Virus record (IMG/VR): IMGVR_UViG_3300035531_000094
Location: 1-53,758 of that record
Direction: 5' to 3' (one strand)
Length of the DNA: 53,758 nt
DNA from: a virus
Lineage: Duplodnaviria > Caudoviricetes
The position numbers were made by a program, and so were the translations under genes. The first letter of the stretch is position 1. The number at the start of each line of letters is the position of its first letter. The notes under the pieces were generated by a model. It saw only the letters and a program-made list of their open reading frames with translations. It ran no database searches and was not told the origin of the DNA. Positions 36,801 to 43,939 of the stretch are shown piece by piece.

Positions 36801-36805
36801 AATAA
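24851..36805 (+). CDS. Giant polyvalent protein (3984 aa): HExxH peptidase-like motifs, LPD23-like, two ADP-ribosyltransferase-like modules, LPD38-like C-terminus
   Basis: HENQH and HEIQH; TGWERGADGKWRFE; FKRWFGxSK.VDENG.P...YH.T twice; C-terminal SVNFNRKG...FRLPLP. Confidence 0.8.
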   Translation: MQDNNQSQFSTLVKDLYSKYSPEKVDKLDDETLSNIEKTYNGDYKTFVSDYYKKNRPDKVDQLNDETYANIAKTYGFSDGNKQSGTSGQPQGQNEGTNEKKKSGFGREMLLQSASGLGDQVYRGILNIPDNALRIASVATNPIARLIGLPEYNPGDINKVTGIENIDEYIANETEKYQKEVKEINPQIEAGVMDSMKKGDWNTGFRNLASGLAHSSMPSLLMMAAPMAGASAGGQIAASTGMFGSARLKELDETMPELSEEQKLIAANINGALEGIFETYFGSGAVGESLVKNIIKEQGVKAGKETVKKGMRQMFSDALTKNPALAPLGEMYEEMGTQVAQNLTDKLTGVNPDIEVTDGLWDAGLLGLAGGATHGGAIKGAQYLSQKVGKKRAESQARQTIQQNLAPITHKDGNVHQITNEQDEMFFVVDETDGGMLTVKDIAGNEKIVPADEFRTPEVKSVQEITEQELAAWEQEYTLQEQMKAEQQAIQEKYSNVPEQWEKDGVTYRFVNDPQNITPDGSIVVEATDQMGNVTPKEFTQEEINSVIQEQKEAAQAEQEEAAKLQEEQQGEQPEEQEVIEKPKQTFKIDNKEFEMEQAEDGSFILNAGQKDLKTIQENTDTDNFDVELITEDVPADPNVPAFVKQKPKQNVKGVKITPKQKQNDTPPSSEQNTMPQYRYLDKQISDKKANALIDMAESVDDLYGFEFENDEKLSKKIEKKFPELNPAYEVNGQKVDREYVENAIEFANTPEKLSKINVRNDQELQSLIEEKEAELRVPNAKETKERALKAEPRTLRELLLQYFVNGGRVNTNDVKMDITGKSVKENQSKLGFVSNNAPSIDQLQERLLPGTAFEQAMDDPTNFRNEVIDVLSSYQGRAGMLEDISELGMTEDQRYDADMAKFMPEVKVERVQDGNKVKFVSNNDMNGVEVDANDYNEVAQTETTPEEEQFAALLPDEYYLPLLESEDNAPSMQDIEAYELLYNQLENERQQSENINAREEGATVPENQENGETGTSAQEEQPEEVTPLLQPQETTGESEVAGGTSEQDKYENSILYKARNGDKEAQQRMQDYGLEWDENPVKHRQIGEKEAEKLLNGEQIKPERNGSYVDISDFPAYWGQDAKFPYKVTFKQKPEFDSQRTSSMEGGRVEEKNKQAGEYGLVDGYTLDDVAAVEKMNENGEWEVIYDSKNTTSEKQNTQELTESQTQQPKTEQKSENRKRESLPNNETSYNENEDLFTNIGRVVSEKEKKQGSNKGIKETIRHMTINGGKDVGIDKTLKHKGYMFAQTNLPLGGSKDYQTHVWDGNNWKRIGNIKLLKKDIDKIYKRAIERELIKPFNEKNRNLAQDNDVRYKKISTETASEDNSPGREQSGVQERDVRPDRATSNVPKPGTIKRQAYDHVKRLVDNHRIKEFDAEYFDNRFDELNRKFPNRNITGIADLIYEGLPDVDMSDNGVRFRKNSPQGFYSTVENALDKINQEKGTVAQFEKMLLKNGAKQTELDWMNFKDHFADTGEKVTKQDIQEWIDNNRIEVEEVKREKYEPLSEEEITNIKQNIEIESDIETRDQFGIDEPIELWDRYYQGPVDEETLNKIAEKQGYEDYDDLFNAMDSYYENLVQEKINNLEKGDDTRFSQYQLPGGENYKEFVLTMPGQIEPYKPDNLHFTEEGGGTAVAWVRAKDYNSDNEKVLFLEEVQSKRAQEGKKNGFNSLDGYSQEQKELIKLGLKWNNQRTTEEENRFRELDDKYPDTFDEWLDRTGDIPDMPFKQTPQWVNLALRRMMRYAAENGYDRIAWTPGEVQADRYDLSKQIESIRYSNDKYLSAFDKNGNKVIDQFAEEHQLPDIIGKEATDKLLSQDSDSFGRGLQNEDLKVGGEGMKTFYDKIIPNQFKKITKKFDTKVEPTTVDLNGEINLDLATDAISNLPSDGQLEVLSIPVTDKMRESVMEGIPLYKRTQKPKEIKPENREIADELTKTQMRAPNALPLVVGNDKAELVQAMAENGSSVQAVKAVMQASPFKAFVDIKTGHVYIDLSMLRSKDDALASWIHENQHRGIRNLIPDSNELNQFFDTLYESVRELAKTDPMYTRVLSEVERLYAGESKRVKADEFFAHLSEKVLNKEDLTPQERTIWQKLVDGIRDILSKIFNFDAKLLSHQDIASIIRASMQTNFQGNDRVSYSMQNGGRTEVSNVAENTQRPYRRGGSAWNVPGRERTGDILHDKTGEEDVFEVAERTKYEPTRRDIRNRQELERAFNRADNKKSLREINQKPRKEDYDNIFDFAEALGEYENSQRFRFVGEWGAHNTKQEANANYMLNHLSRAKEMEEAKKTAKEIKELTGWERGADGKWRFEQKDIDFNPDIRDFIEKQKRLFDIEKWHPKEKKLGDIIDDSDLFAAYPDLKDVDVQISVDSRNKEGGSYRTMVIGDPLIKVSSKTFDGAKSILAHEIQHYIQGIEGFAKGGSENMVKQEYTELLSSIDMYNEYLQKANKESNKELYDKLLQKRQERVNQLQNIRKHGERPIDSYSRLAGEVESRNVQSRMNLTPEERANKLYSETQDVANEDQIFMFDGMGVSEYSPTQTDTPEFKRWFGNSKVVDENGEPLVVYHGTNNNFNEFNPTKQTTTAHGYGFYFATDKNVAQGYKRGDTGQLIEAYLSIKKPLEASAPSFTINEFKQVLSEVLRLELEQYADEIESYKDSFLSNIVDTYSMSEEDAIQEAVDTIYDKDDPAIDQIAEMSNIVGDRQTTQQAVKNTLGYDGIFVKDFQETDGDVFIAWFPTQIKSATGNSGGFDPNNPDIRFRKYAKAPQTDTPEFKRWFGDSKIVDENGNPRVMYHATNRNFDSFRNDGILYFTDNPDYANMYIVGGAAKGAHYVSAKEKELEEQTRAGESIMPVFLKSEKPFDTRIPQHKEIFDNEYFMKWGNGTPLDKERGLPDWTEADDLKEFFDENGYKFDGVILADSHDNITTAVFSPSQVKSATGNQGTFDPGNPDIRFRKDDDQIKNELESAIDEIHKGKSKKHLKEAIYNIRQMIQDKDIPVRNFLKEIAGGDKNIKSHQNAYRDMTLAYGRSEYLLNDLEDKHMNQVVESASKLKKHKGIDNESVMIYMIAKHAPERNRKIREDKIKEYIKNNSDASDEQIEAFRNGVESRDYSGILSVDKSGEYEGRPDEFAEVLSAQFEEKIGNKKEISDFWKAIKGVSNYTLERWKDGNQITNEGYELMKNGYDYYVPLKGWWDDASKVYDYHGSGSGAGKSLKKAGGRLTLPDNPLAYLEQQAFKSITEQVDNEVYRTMLNFVIGNMKGNEDRVQVKKVYYVQKGDGKWDYTLERPDKKMFENGMAEERRYTDHFRMRKPAHAKQHEVWVDTKYGTYAMVFPKDIEVAHALNHNNTLIRGLFGKKEGTPIDLENINRGFSETIGRITNLQKALYTSWNIVFPVKNVMRDAPEAASHITIKYGPKMAANFMAEYGKPGAVLRYLYNKDKFNPKWDENGNPVNEDGFYNDFMSNGGQTGFTHLKEPDQLMKDIHNRIKKAGTKYHKKSLTDNLERFAQIFEDMTRFSAYKAGVKSGMTKKDAAALAKEVSVNFNRKGKITKTFDAIYAFFNAALQAGQKNLKLAKDNPKAFTAVSAGWTLLGIMVTEMNRAMDDDDDEEYERLSPYVRMNYLVFPIEGDKYFRLPLPQFFRGFYAMGSNVSDLAHGKTTTGAAIGDGLLNFLNALSPIDVSGFVDSNRDFSLSPLVPTAASPIVEAYVTNENFMGYPISKEPFTQQLEDVLADSKLHKKNVNPAIKFITDSLFELGGGETDRKTYRDPKTGEQKRVPYLMDINPSKIEHLIKSYTGGTGAFVADLGTTLINATKNEYDIDDMPYVNSFIRNYPAKHWDIIGDYYDEKEKDSKWTDLANSYKKKGDMEVYLDMTKDIDKLDRHYTLKIIDNKISLLDNRKKDGLVVPEKEVEAKKEELRSAKSPWVDLVMSEEEYYKAKADTIIKYMKTLK

Positions 36806-36814
36806 AATACAGCC

Positions 36815-38842
36815 ATGAAAGACACAGCAGTACTTAGAATGAGCGTTGTAGGTGGGCGCAAGAGCAAAAAAACAAATGTACGCAGCAACAATTTTCTTTA
36901 TGAGGATGACACAAGGGAAAATGCAGACCTGCTTGACATGGCTGCAAAGCAATGGATGAACCTCGATGCATGGCGTGCAGAGATTGAAAGGAACTGGCGT
37001 TACCTTAATGGCAGGCAGTGGGAAGACCTTGTTTATGACTGGGATTCCAATTCTTATATCAAAGAGTCAGAAGCCATTAAAAGCCAAGGGCAAATACCTT
37101 TTGTGGTAAACCTTATATCACCTATTGTTGAAAATATTATTGGTCAATTCCGGGCTTCAAAAGCAAGACCAACGGTTATAGCCCGAACACGCGACGAAGC
37201 ACCAATGAGCGACATGCTTACCAACACCCTGTGGAGTATTGAAGACTTGAACAATATGTGGGAAAAAGATTCTGCTTTGTTAGAGATGGATTTATGTTCT
37301 GCCGTGCGCATACAGCGTGTAGATTGGGGCAGGGTAAAAACAAAAAAGAATGATAACGTAAGGTACAAAAATGTTGACCTTAGTACTGTTTTCTTTAACC
37401 AGGTACAGGATATTGATTTGGACGACCTTGATATGATAGGTGCTTTTTATGACTGGCCGGTTGATAAAATTGTGTCCCGGTTTGCCAAAACACCTGACGA
37501 TGAAGCAAGGATAAGGAGAATGTATTCTCATGTTGACAGGGAAGTGCCAGACAGTTATGACCATTTTTCAGGGGAAAAGGCAAAGTACCGTGATTTTATG
37601 TACCCGGCTTCTAACAACCTTGGGCGTGTTTTTGAGATATGGCAAAAAAGGTTAGAGTGGAGGTATAAATACTATGATTGGGGGCGTGGTAAGTATGGGT
37701 ACAAAAAATTAACACCCGAAAGTCAGGCATGGTTTGAGAATGAGAACGCCCAAAGGATTGCAATGGCAGCAGAGCAGGGTATTGATGAGGATGATGTTGC
37801 CTTAATCGAATATAAAGAAATGCCGGTACATTTTTGGTATGTAAAATACCTTTCATCTGATTACCATACATTGTTTGAAGCAGAGAGCCCGTTTGACCAT
37901 GGAGAACACCCGTTTGTTGTCAGCTTCCACCGCTTGAACCGTGGAGAAGTAAGACCCTTTATTTCTACCTTGATTGACATACAGAGGGCGTATAACCGTG
38001 ATAAGATACTTCTCGACTTTATTGTTGGTGCCAGTGCAAAAGGTACTTTCTACATTGACGAAAAACATCTTTCTGACGATATGAATGTGGACCAGGCAAA
38101 GGCTGAATACACAAAGCGAAATGGAGTTATTAAGTTAGACTTAAAACCTGGGGTAAAAGTTCAGGATGTTCTCGGGCAGTTGACTTCAAAAGCTGTTCCG
38201 GCAGGTTTGAATGAAAGTTTGGCTATGGGTCAAAGATTAATGCAGGAGATGGGAGGCATTTCTGATGCCTTGCAGGGTAAAACACCGGGTTCGGGTATGC
38301 CAGCTTCATTGTATGCACAAAGTGCCCAAAACAGTACGTTAAACATCAAAGACAGGCTTGAATCCTTTAATGCTTTCCGGGCAGACCGTGGGCGAAAGAT
38401 AATCGATACCGCTTTGCAGTTTTATAAGGAGAAGCGTTATCTTACGGTAAACTCGAATAAAGAGGCACGGGAGTTTGACCCTGAAAAGATTAAAGACGAT
38501 TTGGATTTTGAATTGACCGTTGGTAGTGGTTCAGATAGTCAGGTTTATAAGTCGATTATGGACGAATGGTTGAACAACTATATAGCCAATGGCTTAATAC
38601 CATTGGAAGTAGGGTTAAAGAACCTTTCATTGCCAAACTCTGACCAGTTGCTTACCGACTTAGAGGAGTGGAAAAAATCACAACAGGAAGCCATGAACGG
38701 GGGCGGTAGCCCTGATGGTATTCAAGCACCACCAAATATAGCTCCGGGGTTAATGGAAGCTATTAAAGAAAAAGGTGCTGATGCTAATAATGCCAACCAG
38801 AAGGCAGTTGAAATGATGCAAAGGTATGCAGAGGGGGCGTAA
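36815..38842 (+). CDS. Portal protein (P22-like)
   Basis: 675 aa; YLNGRQW, NLISPIV..IIGQ, LIDIQRAYN, GISDALQG motifs. Confidence 0.8.
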   Translation: MKDTAVLRMSVVGGRKSKKTNVRSNNFLYEDDTRENADLLDMAAKQWMNLDAWRAEIERNWRYLNGRQWEDLVYDWDSNSYIKESEAIKSQGQIPFVVNLISPIVENIIGQFRASKARPTVIARTRDEAPMSDMLTNTLWSIEDLNNMWEKDSALLEMDLCSAVRIQRVDWGRVKTKKNDNVRYKNVDLSTVFFNQVQDIDLDDLDMIGAFYDWPVDKIVSRFAKTPDDEARIRRMYSHVDREVPDSYDHFSGEKAKYRDFMYPASNNLGRVFEIWQKRLEWRYKYYDWGRGKYGYKKLTPESQAWFENENAQRIAMAAEQGIDEDDVALIEYKEMPVHFWYVKYLSSDYHTLFEAESPFDHGEHPFVVSFHRLNRGEVRPFISTLIDIQRAYNRDKILLDFIVGASAKGTFYIDEKHLSDDMNVDQAKAEYTKRNGVIKLDLKPGVKVQDVLGQLTSKAVPAGLNESLAMGQRLMQEMGGISDALQGKTPGSGMPASLYAQSAQNSTLNIKDRLESFNAFRADRGRKIIDTALQFYKEKRYLTVNSNKEAREFDPEKIKDDLDFELTVGSGSDSQVYKSIMDEWLNNYIANGLIPLEVGLKNLSLPNSDQLLTDLEEWKKSQQEAMNGGGSPDGIQAPPNIAPGLMEAIKEKGADANNANQKAVEMMQRYAEGA

Positions 38843-38845
38843 AAG

Positions 38846-38874
38846 AAAAGGGAGTTTTTGAAGCTCCCTTTTTT
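38846..38874. terminator. Bidirectional intrinsic terminator
   Basis: AAAAGGGAGTTT-TTG-AAGCTCCCTTTTTT between convergent genes. Confidence 0.8.
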
Positions 38875-38875
38875 G

Positions 38876-39292
38876 TTACTTTAAATATTGTTTTCTCCAT
38901 TTTAAAAATTCACGTATAGACCTTTTTAATAGTTCATCCAGTGTATTTTTATTAGAATTGTATTTTCCCCACAAATGATTAAACTCCCTTTCAAATTTAT
39001 CGCCCCTGTCATTTGCATGACGCAGCTTATGCTTTAGGTCAGATATTTCATTGTCATAGTGTTGTTTTGATTTTATGATCTTATCCCTGCATTCTTGCTT
39101 GTAATCAGAGTACAACTGTTCAATGGACTTGCGCTTTTCAATTTCGGACTTTAGTTCTTCATCTCTATGCATAGAAGTATATTTCTCATCAAATGATTCC
39201 TCTTTGATGATAACACTTCCGTTGTCGTAGGCTTCTTTTTTTGCTACAAGTTCTAAATATTCATTGTAGCTTATTGTTATTGTTTTTTCCAT
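38876..39292 (-). CDS. Hypothetical coiled-coil protein
   Basis: 138-aa ORF. Confidence 0.65.
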   Translation of the reverse strand: MEKTITISYNEYLELVAKKEAYDNGSVIIKEESFDEKYTSMHRDEELKSEIEKRKSIEQLYSDYKQECRDKIIKSKQHYDNEISDLKHKLRHANDRGDKFEREFNHLWGKYNSNKNTLDELLKRSIREFLKWRKQYLK

Positions 39293-39337
39293 AATCGTTT
39301 AACAAATTTAGTTATCTTTTTAATCTTAATTGTAATT

Positions 39338-39652
39338 CTAATCTTCATTTTCGGCAGCATTGGCAGTACCGAATTTCCTTTCATTATGTTTTCGTGAGTA
39401 CTTTCCATTTCTCTTGTGCCTTTTAGGGTTTCTTTTATTGCTTTTGTAGGTTGTTGTTATCCTACCTTCTTTTATTACCATTACACAGTCTTTTACCGGA
39501 AACTTGCCATCCCCAAAATTATCATACACATCAACCACACCCGAGTTTAGAATATCTTTTCTTATAGGGTCAAGTGAAACGTCAAGTATTCTTTCAATGT
39601 ACCTTATAAGGGCGTGGTCTGTTATTTTTATTTTGGGTTGGTTCTTTTTCAT
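39338..39652 (-). CDS. Hypothetical protein with ITDHALIRYIER motif
   Basis: 104-aa ORF in the leftward operon. Confidence 0.65.
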   Translation of the reverse strand: MKKNQPKIKITDHALIRYIERILDVSLDPIRKDILNSGVVDVYDNFGDGKFPVKDCVMVIKEGRITTTYKSNKRNPKRHKRNGKYSRKHNERKFGTANAAENED

Positions 39653-39831
39653 TGTTTTTCAATTATAAGTTCTATCAAGTCCCCGTGCATCCCTTCTCTT
39701 TTTCTTATCTTGCCTTCTTGCGCCAGGTTATTGGCTTCGTTTCTATCCCAAACACCTATATATTTTAGCCTTGGGACTAAAAAGAAATTCCACTTTGTTT
39801 TTTCGTATTGTGATAGGAGGTAGGTTAACAT
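39649..39831 (-). CDS. Hypothetical protein
   Basis: 60-aa ORF coupled to both neighbours. Confidence 0.55.
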   Translation of the reverse strand: MLTYLLSQYEKTKWNFFLVPRLKYIGVWDRNEANNLAQEGKIRKREGMHGDLIELIIEKQ

Positions 39832-40097
39832 TAGTCTTTCTTTTCTTCTATTGCGTCCAAAATGCCATTGCCAGAATTATTCCTGTTTCCTGACAATATT
39901 TGTTCTGTTCCTTCTTTGACAAACGCCCTCCTTACCTTGATGGCATTTATTTCATTAAAACTTTTATTTTCAAGGAGTGTGTCAACATCACTATTAGCCT
40001 GTAATAATTGTCTTTTAAGACTTCCAATACTATATTCAAGTGATTGGATTTTCTTTTGCTCTCTTTTTAAGCGTTTTTTTAATTTCTTTTTTCTCAT
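39831..40097 (-). CDS. Hypothetical protein
   Basis: 88-aa ORF. Confidence 0.6.
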   Translation of the reverse strand: MRKKKLKKRLKREQKKIQSLEYSIGSLKRQLLQANSDVDTLLENKSFNEINAIKVRRAFVKEGTEQILSGNRNNSGNGILDAIEEKKD

Positions 40098-40373
40098 TGT
40101 GTTTAATTTTAGTTTGCACTTAGTGTTAATTATACTATCCTTAAAAATTTTCCTTTATCGTCAAATTCAAAATCAATACTCTTAGTCTCTGTTTGTATTG
40201 TTACAGTAGTTCCAATAAGAGTGTTACATGATAAGAAGTTGCATCCTATTGATACAAACATTCTTTTTAATGCTTCGAGGTCTGTCATATTGCTTTATTT
40301 GTCTGGTTTATGTTTTAACAGATTATGTACTTGTGCGATAGGCTATTGGTCTGTTGGTGTATATACACGCCAC

Positions 40374-40694
40374 GTTAGCATTAATTTACCAACCGCACAG
40401 TATCGCCAACATAAAATTCCCTGTTTGTATAAAAGTTGTAGCTGTCAGTAACAACCCAATATTTCATGTCCGCATTATTGTTGCTTTTGCTAATTCTCTC
40501 AACTATGCTGCATTCTTTAATTGTTTTTGGGGTACTTGTATTACACCCCACGCATAAAACTAATGCTAACAATATGTAAAGTGCATAGCCTAGTTTATTC
40601 TTGTAATTTTTCATCTTATTTTAATTTTGCATGTTAATATTAAGTTTCTACATTTTATCAGCAAGGCTACGTTCCTGCATTCAACGTTATAACG
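40374..40694 (+). mobile_element. Isolated attC-like cassette
   Basis: GTTAGCATTA (40374) and TAATGCTAAC (40561) are perfect 10-bp reverse complements. The hairpin TAGCCT/AGGCTA closes at GTTATAACG (40686). Confidence 0.7.
40381..40614 (-). CDS. Small putative lipoprotein
   Basis: Hydrophobic N-terminus ending LVLCVGC. Confidence 0.6.
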   Translation of the reverse strand: MKNYKNKLGYALYILLALVLCVGCNTSTPKTIKECSIVERISKSNNNADMKYWVVTDSYNFYTNREFYVGDTVRLVN

Positions 40695-40875
40695 CATTTT
40701 GCGCAGAAATTTTGCGTAAAAATCTGGAGGTGTTGCCCAATTATCACTATGTTTTATATTTCTGTTTTTCATATACCTTCGTTCTTTTAATCCGTATTTT
40801 AACTACTTACAATATCGTGTCATAGGTCATTTTTTTATTTTTATTTTTTCGTATTCATAATTTATATCATTTGTT

Positions 40876-41316
40876 TCATTTTTTAAAGTTTTTAGGTCTT
40901 ATCACTGCATCTGCTGTTTCATGTAGTTTTACTACGTCAACATCATTTTTAAACAACCGGAGTTTTTTATTAAATTTTACATCTTTTGATGAAAAATATT
41001 TGTACCCGGTCTCACTTGCCCTCACAATATAGTATTTGCGGTGGTCTTCATTTGATATGCGTTGTACCATCTTCTTTACCCTGCGTAGCCTTTTGGCCCT
41101 TATGAAGAAAATGAGCTCTTCCCATGTTTGTTTACCAAAAAAACCCCATAGCATGGCAATAAGCCTTCTTTTCTCTGTCCTTTTATCGGCTATGGACATG
41201 GTGTTGTGGTATTCTTCCATTGCCAAATGAACATACTGCTTTGCTTCTGCCGGGATATTTAACGTGTCCGGCGCTTGTGCAAACATCCTGTTTAAAATTT
41301 TGTCTTTTACGTTCAT
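40876..41316 (-). CDS. Hypothetical protein
   Basis: 146-aa ORF downstream of terminase. Confidence 0.65.
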   Translation of the reverse strand: MNVKDKILNRMFAQAPDTLNIPAEAKQYVHLAMEEYHNTMSIADKRTEKRRLIAMLWGFFGKQTWEELIFFIRAKRLRRVKKMVQRISNEDHRKYYIVRASETGYKYFSSKDVKFNKKLRLFKNDVDVVKLHETADAVIRPKNFKK

Positions 41317-41546
41317 ATAAATAGGTTTAAAATGTCATTGTCGCTAATTCCTTGTTTGCTGTTTATTATCTTAACTGCATCTTGTTTTTTCTTTGTGAAC
41401 AGAAAAAAATCAAATACCCAAAATGTAACCACATATCCGTATGAGCCATCTGTAAACCTTACTTTTAACAAGCCGCCATCTTCTATCCAAAGATTTGAAT
41501 ATTCCTTTTTAGAAGGTGATTTCTGAAATATTTTGCGTATTCCCAT
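41313..41546 (-). CDS. Hypothetical protein
   Basis: 77-aa ORF overlapping the end of terminase. Confidence 0.45.
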   Translation of the reverse strand: MGIRKIFQKSPSKKEYSNLWIEDGGLLKVRFTDGSYGYVVTFWVFDFFLFTKKKQDAVKIINSKQGISDNDILNLFI

Positions 41547-43524
41547 ATTTTGCCCTTGCTTCTTGTTCGGTTAATATTGGTACAAGTTTAGGTGGGGGCA
41601 TAAACTTTGTTGCCAGCCATAAAGCACCTGCCCTTGTTATTACCTTGTCATCATGCTCCCCGTCCACCGCTCCGAGTGAACCGTTTTCTTTTACTTCATA
41701 GTAGTCCATCTGGTCACATGCTTGTGCTTCCCTTTCGATATACCCGGATTCCCTTAATAAACCGTTAAGGTTGTCCATTATCATCCCCTTGCTTTGTACG
41801 TTTGTCTGAAAACCCCACTTCATTACAAAAGCATTAGCAATATTTTCTTTAATTTCCCGTGAGTATAAATTTGGATAGTGTGGCGCAATTTCGTCAAGCA
41901 CGGTATAAAAGTGGTCACCCTCTGTTTCTTTTGTTTTAAGGCTGTTTGTTTCAATTGCCAATAGCATTTTTTCATACCACATGCCTATCATGGCGCACTT
42001 CCACGCAAATAAATCTTGGTCAAGGTGTCCTGACCATTGGGCTGCTACTTCTGGGAGTCCGCCTTCCATCATAAATATCCGGTCAATAATGGTAAGTTCT
42101 GAATAGTCTGCTTTTCTTGTCCTTCCACCTATATCAGCAAATCCACAATAACGGTTTGCCACACGGTATTTTTTACCCTTTATTTCAATATATGGCTGGG
42201 GTTTTATCCATATCGATAAGTTACCGTCTTTTTGCTCGTTAAATACAATGTTGCTTAATGCCTCTTTACCCCTGTGGCTTGCACCGAACACATCACCAAT
42301 AAACTCGGGTGATTGGCAGTTTTTACGGATATTGATAACATACTGAGGGGCAAATACCCTTTGACCGGAACTCTGGAATGCTTCATCTGCCGTTGAAGGA
42401 AATTCTGACTTCATCCTCCATTCGTCATTGTTCATTTCTTTGAGTTTATTCCGGTAGAAACTTATGCCTTCAATTGTCGCACCCAACTTCCATAGATATT
42501 TTTCGTATTCGCTCCATGATTTTACAAATTCAATCTTGTCGCTATCTGAATTAAAACTCTCCTGGTTGTTTTTGTCCTCCATCCACGAAACAAATACAGG
42601 GGTCAATCCATTATTGTCTTTTCCTTTTGCATTTGCACCCTGCCATGTACGGTGAAAGAAATTACCAACACCTTTTGCGGTAGATTCAAGCGCATACAGT
42701 GTATAGGGCTTCCGTGGAATGGTACCAAGTATTGACTGGCATAAATCTTCGGGTGATTTTCCCTCTGTTTTTCTCCATAGCCCTGCTTCTGACAAGTGGG
42801 CCATGGCGACATCATCTGAGCGGATACTGTCAGGCGATTCTATCGACCCAATTGTTATTTTATTGTTCCTCTCTGGGATGTACTTAACATTTGATTGCTG
42901 TTCAAAACCTTGCAGGGTAAATTGATCTAATGATGCTGGGTATTTTTTCTGGATAGTAGAAAACATTGACCGGATGTTACTTGCTGCTTGTTTAAGGTGT
43001 GCTGCAATTAGGCTGTTCCAGTTTGTCTTGTGGAAAAGCTGGATGTGTGCCATTTCGTTCTGTATAGTGGTTGAGCCTCCCCACTGCCTTGATTTTACAA
43101 GTATAATCCTGATAGGTTCATTTGCAAGTATTTTATCATTGATTATTTTGTGAAGTTTGCGTTGTGGTGCATTTAAAATGAAAGGGATATAGTCGCCACC
43201 GGCTTTTGGTTTAATCTTAACAGCGTATGCAGCCCAAAATTCAAAATCGTACTTGCACCTTGTTTCTAAATATAACCTTGTAACAGCATTTATCCCACCA
43301 ATATAAGGTTCTTTTTCTGCAAACTTTTGTAAGCTTCCATAATATTCCAACAAGCATCCAAAGTCAGTATCAAAAAAAGGCAAGGGTAGATAAAACTCAC
43401 CAAGCTCGTCAATTACCAGTTTCTTTCGCTCAATTGGTGAGCCAATACCGGTAAAAGGGTCATAAGGCTGGTTTAGCTCCTGAATACGCCTTTTATTTTC
43501 TTTTATGATATTCTCAACCTTCAT
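41509..43524 (-). CDS. terL: Terminase large subunit
   Basis: ILVKSRQWGGST Walker A, HLSEAGLW Walker B, ESTAKG, and nuclease motifs ADIGG..DYS and HDDKV. Confidence 0.92.
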   Translation of the reverse strand: MKVENIIKENKRRIQELNQPYDPFTGIGSPIERKKLVIDELGEFYLPLPFFDTDFGCLLEYYGSLQKFAEKEPYIGGINAVTRLYLETRCKYDFEFWAAYAVKIKPKAGGDYIPFILNAPQRKLHKIINDKILANEPIRIILVKSRQWGGSTTIQNEMAHIQLFHKTNWNSLIAAHLKQAASNIRSMFSTIQKKYPASLDQFTLQGFEQQSNVKYIPERNNKITIGSIESPDSIRSDDVAMAHLSEAGLWRKTEGKSPEDLCQSILGTIPRKPYTLYALESTAKGVGNFFHRTWQGANAKGKDNNGLTPVFVSWMEDKNNQESFNSDSDKIEFVKSWSEYEKYLWKLGATIEGISFYRNKLKEMNNDEWRMKSEFPSTADEAFQSSGQRVFAPQYVINIRKNCQSPEFIGDVFGASHRGKEALSNIVFNEQKDGNLSIWIKPQPYIEIKGKKYRVANRYCGFADIGGRTRKADYSELTIIDRIFMMEGGLPEVAAQWSGHLDQDLFAWKCAMIGMWYEKMLLAIETNSLKTKETEGDHFYTVLDEIAPHYPNLYSREIKENIANAFVMKWGFQTNVQSKGMIMDNLNGLLRESGYIEREAQACDQMDYYEVKENGSLGAVDGEHDDKVITRAGALWLATKFMPPPKLVPILTEQEARAKYGNTQNISEITF

Positions 43525-43801
43525 TTGTGATGTTTGAATTGACCATTGTTCTTATCAGTTGCTTTCTAATATTGGTGTAAACATTTGGTATAGTGCTTAA
43601 AAACTTCTCAAAACAGTTGTAGTCCTTTGTCTCTTCGTACCGGTCGATAATTGACCTTACCGTCCTCATTGAATATCCTGTTTGTTGTGAAATGTGGTAG
43701 TGAAAATAGGAGTCCATCACGTACTGTCTTAACCCGAGTGCTTCAAGCTCAATAGAAATGTTACGGTACTTATCTATTACCTGTCTGTGGTTTCTTGCCA
43801 T
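43514..43801 (-). CDS. Small HTH-like protein upstream of terminase
   Basis: ISQQTGYSMRTVRSII. Confidence 0.55.
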   Translation of the reverse strand: MARNHRQVIDKYRNISIELEALGLRQYVMDSYFHYHISQQTGYSMRTVRSIIDRYEETKDYNCFEKFLSTIPNVYTNIRKQLIRTMVNSNITNEG

Positions 43802-43838
43802 AAGGTTTTAATGGTAGGTTTAAGCAAATGTAAGTAAA

Positions 43839-43854
43839 TGCCAATATTTTGGCA
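43839..43854. promoter_or_regulatory. Palindromic operator-like site TGCCAA-N4-TTGGCA
   Basis: Lies in the divergent region between the terminase and head operons; matches 22615-22630. Confidence 0.6.
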
Positions 43855-43939
43855 AGGCTAAACCCTTTAAAGTTATCAACTAATGTACATTTATGTCCAA
43901 AGATTACCATAAATGAACGTTTTTTAAAGGATCATTACC

